Origin: Octopus sinensis
Lineage: Eukaryota
Reading direction: 5' to 3'
NCBI RefSeq assembly: GCF_006345805.1
Contig: NC_043015.1
Coordinates: 1,054,001-1,118,000, forward strand
DNA length: 64,000 nt
The notes under the pieces are model-generated. The model did no database searches, was not told where the DNA came from, and was given only the letters and a program-made list of their open reading frames with translations. Every line of letters starts with the position of its first letter. Position 1 is the first letter of the stretch. A program made the translations under genes and the position numbers. This document shows, piece by piece, positions 53,776 to 64,000 of this stretch.

Positions 53776-55578
53776 ACATATATATGTGTGTGTGTGTTTG
53801 ATTGTGTGTGTGGGTGTGATTGTGTGTATATATCCTTCTATGTATATGTATATATAAAAATATAGAAATACACTTATTTATATAAACGCGCACAGACGCA
53901 CATACACTGTCACACACACATACACACACACACATATATATATACATATATAAAGTAATATAAGCCGCTACTCGCAACATAAAGCCATAGAGGAACATTA
54001 TAATTGTTAATAATTTTGACAGAGGATGCTGAATATCACATATATTACTAGAAATATGTTTTAAAACACTTGAAGCTGCATAAGAACATATATACAATAT
54101 CCGTGGAGATAACCACCCATGCGCAAAGCTAGAAAACCATTGGTCTAGCTTAGTTACGTCTGTTATTTGCAGACGGGAAAACTTGTGATTCAGTGTTCAT
54201 AAGGCAGAGTACGATTACCAGGTAAGATATTAAGTGATATAGTGGCTGAATTTTGAGTCTATAGCAACCATGTTCGTTTCTTTGGTGTGGGGTTCATAAT
54301 GAGTGGGAGAAAAAGCTATTCGTTCCTTGAAAAGGATAGTGAATGGAAGTTTGTGTTGTTGAACAAGACAAGATTGTCGTCGTAATTCAATGCCGCCTTA
54401 GTGAGAAGTATTTCGAGTTCGAGCCTGTAAAATATATATTGTGGAAGAAAAATGTATGCTATCATCTACAGGCATTTTCGGAAGTGTTGGCACATACGTT
54501 GTAGGATTATAAAAGCAATTGTGTGCGCAAGGAAGAGTCAAAAATATCTCCATCAACAGGAGATTCAAATGTAAGACACGAACAAAATAATCGTTGAAGC
54601 CATAACATCCAATACGGCTTTCATCGACGTTTCTGATAGCAAAAGTGTCACTGAAGTATATGTGGGGAGTTATTTTACTGTATCATAATCTTTAACAAAG
54701 ATATAATGTAAGAGATTAAGAAGCAAAGTAACCCTGTTCTTTTGTAGACTAAGGACGGTAGTGGCCCTCTTCAATACCTCTTCGATATTAACAATGCTAG
54801 AAATATGCTATTATTAGTAGGGAAGCAAAATTTGTTAATCCTCTAGGGATATAAAGAGACAGAAAGAGAAGGAAAAAGAGAAACGGGTAACTTAAAAACA
54901 TTTGAAGAGGTTTAGCACCGATCAACTATGAGAATAAAAGAAGGACAGTGAACAGGCCAAGGAAACTTGTTGACTTTTAATTCCACTAAGTATTCAGTAC
55001 ATTGCTGTACATTATTTATCCAACTGTGGTAATAATTGAGATTTGAAAAAATTACTAGAAATCCCAACGTGAGGCTACATATATATTAACTGATATCTCT
55101 CTCCACAACCTTATCAATATTTTAAAAGATTATGGCTTATATATCAGTGTATATACGTAGTAAACACTTATACGCACAAGCATAGGTGTATATGTATGTG
55201 TGTGTGTGGGTGTGTATGTTTGAGAGAAAGACGGTGTGTGCGTATGTAACTGCGAACGTAAGTATATATGTATGTATATACGTATGATTTTAAATAGGTA
55301 TATATATATATATATGCACACATGTATACATATACAGACATACAAACAAACATATACACACATATATTACATGTATGTATATATATATAGTAGATATAGA
55401 TATAGAAAGATATGTAGATAGATAGACGGATACATGCATATATACATATAGCCTCATATAGAAAAGGTACGTACATGTATATAGGTATATATACAAATAT
55501 ATATTTATATATGAATATAGATATATGTACATAAGTATATAAATATTAAAAAAGGTTAATATATCTATGTATATACAG

Positions 55579-55609
<31 letters not shown>

Positions 55610-55655
55610 ATATATATATATATATATAGATAGATAGATATAGATATATAAATAT

Positions 55656-55699
<44 letters not shown>

Positions 55700-55938
55700 T
55701 TGTGCGTGTAATGCGTTTATGTATATATGATAATTTTCGCAGTACATCACTATCTTTGATGTATATTCATATACGGGTGCGTAAGTCGGGGGTGAAATAA
55801 TAAAGTGCGCATGATCAACTGTCAGCTAATAATTTTATGTGTTTACACACGCAATATCATACAAGTATGCATACATACACAATAACGAAACACATACATT
55901 TCATTACACACACAACGTGCTCATATATATAATATATA

Positions 55939-55988
<50 letters not shown>

Positions 55989-57087
55989 TATATATGGCAA
56001 TATAAATTAACGCAATATTCTTACATATATGTATGTATATGAACTTACCTACCATCTTACATACAATATAAAAGCAATCAATCACATAGCAAAGATACTT
56101 GCATAATTTAAAGTTATACATTTCAATATATTTTTGTCACTTTCTTTTTTTTCTAAAATTATTGCAAAATATCTCAACCACCCGCATCTCTGAACAAGAT
56201 CATATTCACAGATATAAGCATATATACATATATTTATACATATATGTATAAATTTATAGATACATTTCAGTTATCACTTTTTTGATGTACATCATTGAAG
56301 ATAAATACCCAAGAGTGTTAGAAATATATTCAAATGAATACAAGACGTGTTACAAAATTTTCTTGTCGGTGTTAATGAACTGTGGAAAAATGTGTTAAGC
56401 ACGAAATTGTCCTATTAGAACCTAGATCTTCATCTCGTTTATGATTATCATCTTGTAACTACATATATTAAACTTTTTCTCCTTCTTAAAGATTACCCCC
56501 CATACGCTCTCACGTGGACAGAGACACATATACAGAGGCAAACATTAGCTTAGTCAGATTACATATATAGACGAGCATATATATACTTACGCACACACAC
56601 ATACATACATATATACATATACGACCCCCAAGCACACAGACACACAAACACATACATACACACACATATACATATACTTACATACACACATACATACATA
56701 TATACATATACGCCCCGCCAAGCCCACATACACACACACACATATACATATATATATACATATATATAATGTGTGAGAGATAGTGAATATAAATGAATTA
56801 CAATTCGTTTAAATATATCTTATATGTCAGATGAAAGACGAAGTGGGAAGCTGTATGTATGTATATGTGTATATGTAGGCCTATGCACGTATGTATGTAT
56901 ATATATATATATGTATATATACATATACATATATATATATATATGTATATATGTGTGAGTGAGTGTGTATATATGTGTGTGTAGGTCTATGTATATATGC
57001 ATGTATGGGGCGTGTGTGGTATCTACATCTCAATTTAAGTACCTATTTCAACGGAATCTTAATTTCATATATATATTTATATATGTG

Positions 57088-57124
<37 letters not shown>

Positions 57125-57140
57125 GTATGTATATACGTGT

Positions 57141-57175
<35 letters not shown>

Positions 57176-57194
57176 GTGTTATATATATATATAT

Positions 57195-57236
<42 letters not shown>

Positions 57237-57506
57237 CAGAGACAGAGAGACAGAGAGACAGAGAGGCAGAGACAGAGAACAGAGAGACAGAGAGACAGAG
57301 AGAGAGAGGGGGAGGGAATGAGCGGGAAACACAGAGAGAGAAATAGATAGATATAGTTAGATTAGATATATAAGTACGTAAACTATATATATGAGATGTA
57401 TGTCTATATAAATTTATATCTATCTATCTAGCTGTCAGTCAGTGTATCTATATCACACTCTCTCTTTCTCTTTCTCTCTCTCCCTCTCTCTCTATAAATA
57501 TATATA

Positions 57507-57869
57507 TTACTTGTTTCAGTCATTTGACTGAGGCCATGCTGGAGCACCGCCTTTTAGTCGAGCAAATCGTCCCCAGGACTGATTCTTTGTAAGCCTAGTA
57601 CTTATTCTATCGGTCTCTTTTGCCGAACCGCTAGGTTACGGAGGACATAAACACACCAGCATCGGTAGGGGGACAAACACAGACACACACACACACACAC
57701 ATATATACGACGGGCTTCTTTCAGTTTCCGTCTACCAATCCACTCACAAGGCTTTGGTCAGCCCGAGGCTATAGTAGAAGACACTTACCCAAGATGCCAT
57801 GCAGTGGGACTGGACCCGGAACCATGTGGTTGGTAAGCAAGCTACTTACCACACAGACACTCCTGCGCC

Positions 57870-57870
<1 letters not shown>
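57507..57870 (-). mobile_element. SINE B, best-preserved copy
   Basis: Minus strand starts AGGCGCAGGAGTGTCTGTGTGGTAAG; flanked by (TA)n. Confidence 0.9.
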
Positions 57871-57929
<59 letters not shown>

Positions 57930-60237
57930 ATATATATACTCACACATACATAGATATATGTGTATATGCGTATGTCTGTATATATGCATGTATAACTACG
58001 TATGTAGGCGTTCGAATATAAATCGCGAGTTTAGTTCTTCTATATATCATTCTTACATAATTTTGGTCAATTTTTTTCCTACCTCTTTTGTAACATCGCT
58101 TGAAATTTCCCTTTATTCAGTTCTTTGATTAATTTTTTTTTAATTTGCTGGGTGAGAAGGAAGGAACAATACCCATGGCTGTCTGCCTATCTATCTTTCT
58201 CTCTGTTTATCTATCTATCTATCTACCTGTCTCTCTGTCTGCTGTTTGTCTGTCACTCTGTCCCTTTGTCCATCTGTCTCTTTCTCCCTCTCTCTTAGGC
58301 ATTCTTTCTCTATCTCCATCTATCTAACAATTCATCTCTCAGTCTATAAAACTATAAACCTATCTACCTATCTATCTTTCCCTATCTCTCTCATTCTCTC
58401 TCTTTCTCTTTCTCTCTCTCTCTCTCTCCCTCTCTCTCTCTCTACACACACACACGCGCGCACGTATATACATATATTTATATCTATCTATTTACAAATG
58501 TCTCTATCAATCTATGTATGTATTTATCTATGAATCCATCTACCTATCTATTAATCTACACACACATACAAGTACTCACACACACACATACATACTTTGA
58601 ATTCCGTTCCGGTTGTAGTTCAGTGAAAATTGTTGGTCTTCAAGTTTTTAATTAATAGATTTTATTGGCATGTTTCAATATGCGGATGTCTATTGGGAGA
58701 GGCTGATACAGGAGAGTATGAAGTAGTAGAAAGTTGGACGTAGAACGAAAAAAATATAATAAATTTGTTTACTAGGATAAATATTAAAGTTGGATATAAT
58801 ACAAAAATATTGGTGTTACAAAGTATATGTTTTCTATGCACCTATGTGTCGACGGAAGGCGCTGTATAAACCATACATAATTGGTGATATAAGAAGTGTC
58901 TACATTTTCCTATTAGTTCTTATCTTGCGCTTGGATAGAGGTTTTGTTTGAGAAGATTATTTCTTTAGAACTTTCTCTTAATTTCTGCATGTAACGTTGC
59001 CTAATTTACAACGAATGTGAGAAAGGATTGGATTTTGTTTTATTTATCCAATACATATTTTCTAATGGCTTTGTCTTTGTTCTCATATGCCATCGTCAAA
59101 TATTTTAATATTTAAATTATTTGATCGTTTGGCCTTTTTTATTCTAACTCAATCTTCTTGCGTCGTTCATTTACTAGTGTTAATTGTTTTGTCTTTCCGA
59201 TCCACTCACCTATAACTAAGATAAAGGAATATAAATTATGTTTAAGTTTAACTTTTTTCCTGTAATCTTCTTAGTTATTTTCATCAATATTTTCATCAAG
59301 CACAATTGGGAAAAAGAAAATTCTAACTTGACTTTGGAGTGATTATTCAATTGGTCGAAGCGGCAGCTTGAAAACAGTATCAATACTTCTGTATAATATT
59401 TCTCCAGCTTTTTGATCCCATGCAAACGTAATGTACTTGGACACAGAGAGTGAAAGTACCGGTAGCGTGTTCGATATAATAACACACATTGCTGTGTATC
59501 CATTTGTGTGAACTTTACTCACGAAACCTTCAAGATGTATAAATATAATTTCAAGTTCAGCGCTGTAAGTTTAGTGGATCTTTCAGAATGCCGGACGCGA
59601 TACTCGTGGTCTTCGTTCAAGCTTTTTTTTTCTTGAGTTTTTGGGTAGTAGGCTTCAAATTCCGTACGGTTTAACTGTGTTCCTTGCTGTCTTTAGCGTA
59701 GCGTTCTGTTGTCACCATTAGGATCACGATTACGACTTTATTGTAATGTCATCCATTTTGTACAAGCATTAGACGCACTGAAAGATTTGACGTTAAAAAG
59801 AAGTGAGAAAGAAAAAATATGGATCATGAGTAAAATGAATTAATGGCGAAAATACGAGATAGGAAGACACCCGAATTGGGCGAAAGAGTGACAGAAAGGA
59901 AGATAGTAAAACTTAAATGACAGACCAAGACTAAATTCGATGACTTAGTGAGAAATAAACGAGATAAAAATGAATTCTAGAATATAATTAGAAATAGATG
60001 AGAGAGAGAGAGACAGAGATTAAAAAACCAAGAAACTGGGATGAAGAGAGAAGTAAAGATTGCCAGAGAGAAAGAGTATCTGGGAAAATATTACAATGAG
60101 GTACGAACAGTTTTAAAAAGGAAGAATTAAATAACAATGGCGTATATAAGAGAAATTAACCCAAAGTAAACGTAAGGGGGAAAATAGAAAATTGAATAAA
60201 GAAGAGCAATCAATATTGTGTTTATGAGTGTGTGTGT

Positions 60238-60275
<38 letters not shown>

Positions 60276-60999
60276 CTGAGTGAGTGAGAGGGACATAGAG
60301 GAGTGGAAGAAACGGAGAGAGTTAGACAGTGAGAGCACAAGGCGAAACGCAAAACTAGTGGCAAAATTGAGAGATAGGTTTCGATTTTCGACAGAAATTT
60401 GAAGTAGAGAGAGAGAAGTTATAGAGCGATAGAGAGAAAGAGAGAGCGAGAAAGAGGCAGACAGACAGACAAAGACAGAGGAACTGATCGAGTGGTTGAG
60501 TTTTAGACTAAATGTGAGCGTAGAAGTATGATTGAATGGGTGATTGAAGGGAGCAAAGGAGGGAATAGGTGAGGGCATATATATGAGAAAAGGAGAAGGA
60601 TGGAGCAGACAGTCGAAGAAAATGGAGCAGGGAAAGATAAATACAAAGACAGAGAGAAAGCGGGGTGCAAAGAGAGAGAGAGGATAAAGCAGAAAGAGAT
60701 AGTAAGAGATAGTGATGATTTATAATACTTGCAAATTAAGCAGAAGATGACGCGTGAACAACTTCAATGTGGGGTTTCACGTGTTTCTTACATGCAAAGA
60801 TGAAAGACAAAAAGAGATATTAGAAAAATGAAATATGAAAAAAAAAAAAAATGAAACGAAAAACCATAAAAACGTGCAGAAGAAGAATACACAAATAAAA
60901 ACTACAAAAAATATAACATATTGAGAAAGGATAAAGAATACCACCAGCATTGACAACAACAGACAAGTCAAAGAAGAAAAATAAGAAATCTGAAAGATG

Positions 61000-61030
<31 letters not shown>

Positions 61031-61049
61031 TAATAATAATAATAATAGA

Positions 61050-61090
<41 letters not shown>

Positions 61091-61100
61091 TAATAATAGA

Positions 61101-61146
<46 letters not shown>

Positions 61147-61199
61147 GAAATAATAATAATAATGTTGATCATGATCATGAAGACGACGACGACGAAGAC

Positions 61200-61239
<40 letters not shown>

Positions 61240-61288
61240 TTGATGTTGATGTTGATGTTGATGATGATGATGATGTTGATGTTGATGT

Positions 61289-61337
<49 letters not shown>

Positions 61338-61379
61338 GGTGGTGATGATGATGATGATGATAACAACAACAACAACAAC

Positions 61380-61435
<56 letters not shown>
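61000..61435. repeat. (AAT)n/(GAT)n/(GGT)n/(AAC)n compound microsatellite
   Basis: Direct reading. Confidence 0.97.
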
Positions 61436-61436
<1 letters not shown>

Positions 61437-61732
61437 ATCCGATCTTACAAATACATAAAAAAAACAATCAGAACAAATTTAGCAACAATAACAAGAGCGA
61501 CAAGATATTCTACGAACGTATATTAAGAAAGATGTTGTATGAAAATTTATTCATCAGCAAAATTGTATTAAAAAAAAAGAAGAAAAGTAAAATTATAAAA
61601 TAGAGGTTTGAGTCTTCGTGATTTGAGCCATTGCACTGCAGCCTTGCTAGTGGGTAGGGCCAATCTCTTCTAGGGATGTAAGCAAAAATTTCAATCCAGA
61701 ACACATTTTGTCGCTATTATTATAGAGATACA

Positions 61733-61935
61733 GGCGGCGAAATGGCAGAATCGTTAGCACGCTGGACGAAGCGCTTAGCGTATTTCGCTCGTCACCACGC
61801 TCTTAGTTCAAATTCCGCCGAGATCGATTTTACTTTTCTGGGTAGATAAATTAAGTACCAGTTGAAAACTGGGGATGTTGTAATCGATTTATTCCTTCCC
61901 CAAAACTGTTGCCCTTGTGGGAATATTTCAAACCA
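61733..61935 (+). mobile_element. SINE A (alternative tail), diverged
   Basis: GGCGGCGAAATGGCAGAATCGTTAGC...GTTCAAATTCCGCCGAG...GATAAATTAAGTACCAG. Confidence 0.8.
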
Positions 61936-64000
61936 CTATTATAGCGATACACCGAGCATATGTACGATTCATAGATGCAAAATACATGCACGCATATGCA
62001 CATATTTTTGAGACATACCTATATATGGAATGTAAGGATACACACAGACATCCATGCACATACATACGAAAAACCCTTTACATATCCTATGAAAGATCAG
62101 GATTTTTTCTAGGACACTATCTTGCAGAGTTTTGTGGGGCAAAAATCCACTAGCTTTATTTGAATTTAATACTTATTCAGTCGATGTTTTTGATCTAACT
62201 TCTAAGTTACGTTGATGTTAGAAGCCAAAAATAGTTGACAGTGGCGGTATGATACACACAAACAGGAAGACACATTCACATACACATACATACACACACA
62301 CATGACGCTCAGACGCACACTCACACGGACACACATACATACACACACATATACATATACACGACAGACTTCCATACTTCTTTTCCAAATTCACATGATA
62401 GCTTTTATCTCTAAGTTACTGTTTCACGTACATATTCCTGAAGGAGCACTATTTGTCTCACATACGAAGCTATTATCAAACATTATGTTTTTCTAAGAAT
62501 TTCCCCATTCCCAGTGACCTACATTGCTCATTAAGGTAACACAACTGAACTCACCTGTAATGCTATTATACTATCAGCTTGAACATGTATAAGTATACAA
62601 GGTAGATAAATGTTGGTATAGTTTATATTAACAGTTCTCTTAAAGAATTCCTCATTAATTTTCCAAAGGGTGCCTTTACAAATAATCATCTCTTATTCTT
62701 CCTTGTGAATATTATGTATGAAAGACCTGGTTGCAAATTATATTTTTTATGGGCATGTTTGAAACTTTCACCTGTATATATGATGTGTATATACACAGCT
62801 GAAAGAAATAAACTTTTTCTGAGCCTATAACGAACCTTACTTTTTGTCTGTCAGTTTTATATAGGTACGCTTCAAGATTTCTACTATATCAGCATGCGAG
62901 AAGATTTAATGAAAACTATATTCCAAATAGTTATTATCCTTTCTTCGTAGGTCAATTTGGAAACAACATCAAAAGAGGTCAACCGTAAATGCAGGCACAA
63001 GATCAGGAAATGTAAGGAGATAAATCATTGATTTGACACCAGTATTTGATCAGCACTTTAGTTTACTGGATACAAATGGATGAAAATTGAAATGTCCCCA
63101 ATGAGATTTGAACTCTGAAAATTAAAAATGTCACAATTTTCTGTTTCCGAAATTTTCTACTGTTCACCGACAGAAAAAGAAATACGACATGTAAGTCTAT
63201 TTGCATGTGATCTGATATACTGGTAATTCATTCAGGATGTCCTTTGGAGAAATGCCGTAGACGCCACTCTACCTTACTCCCCATTTCTGGAACATAGCAA
63301 AATATTCTGTTCCCTGTAAAGATATTTGCTTCTGACAAGAGTTGCTTATCAATATGGGTGCATGAAATGAGGATGATGATTATATCAGCAAGATATTTTG
63401 AAAACTTTATATGTCTGAATCAAGTACAATTTCAAAGCATGCACAGTACCATACAAAAAATAATCATACTTGATCCATGAAATGAAATTGATCATTGCTG
63501 CTAACCGAACTACCGTGTACCTACAGATTAAAAGGAGCAACCATTAACAACAGATATCAAGAGCAATTCGGCTAAATTGTGCGCTCGTAACCGTTCTTAT
63601 ACTGCCCTCATTTCATCTTAAAATTTTCTCGGGATATATTCAAAATGCGTAAGGAACTAACACTAAAATAGATCTACGAGCGAAAATACAATACAACCCC
63701 ACAAATTCTAAACTTCATACATTCATGTTATATATCTCACTTTACGGGTGTGGAACTCCGGGTAATCTACATAGTAGAATATATAAACCTACAAACGCCA
63801 TACTTCATTGATATGCACAGTATCTACGCAGTTTTACGTTCGTTGAACCCTAACGCACTGAGAGATCATTGCTCTTATTTTTGTCAATGGTTAGGGCATA
63901 ATTTCGGTCGAAATATTATGACGTTTAGGATATACCGTTAAAATATATATTTCTTTAATTTTTTCGTTAATATTTTATATATTTTCAACGATGTTCTCAA

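Overview
AT-rich, microsatellite-dense animal non-coding DNA (intronic or intergenic). The SINE repertoire and repeat style suggest an octopus/cephalopod genome (inference). No intact host gene, rRNA, true tRNA or CRISPR array is supportable, and nearly all listed ORFs are microsatellite artefacts. The window is a layered mobile-element landscape: a frameshifted Penelope-like element (RT C-terminus plus GIY-YIG, 6321-8293), three fragments of R4/Dong-like REL-endonuclease LINEs, an L1/Tx1-like LINE, an RTE fragment with an inversion, Tc1/mariner remnants and MITEs, and three tRNA-headed SINE families. Top observation: a ~150-210 bp unit found five times beside (TA)n tracts, once as the Penelope terminus. 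It carries a minimal type I hammerhead-ribozyme fold with co-varying stem I but a non-canonical core (CUGUNGA in four copies, CCGACGA in one). Also notable: one SINE family re-enters itself at a fixed internal point, and its tail resembles the 3' end of the L1/Tx1-like LINE. All alignments were done by eye and boundaries of degenerate elements are approximate.
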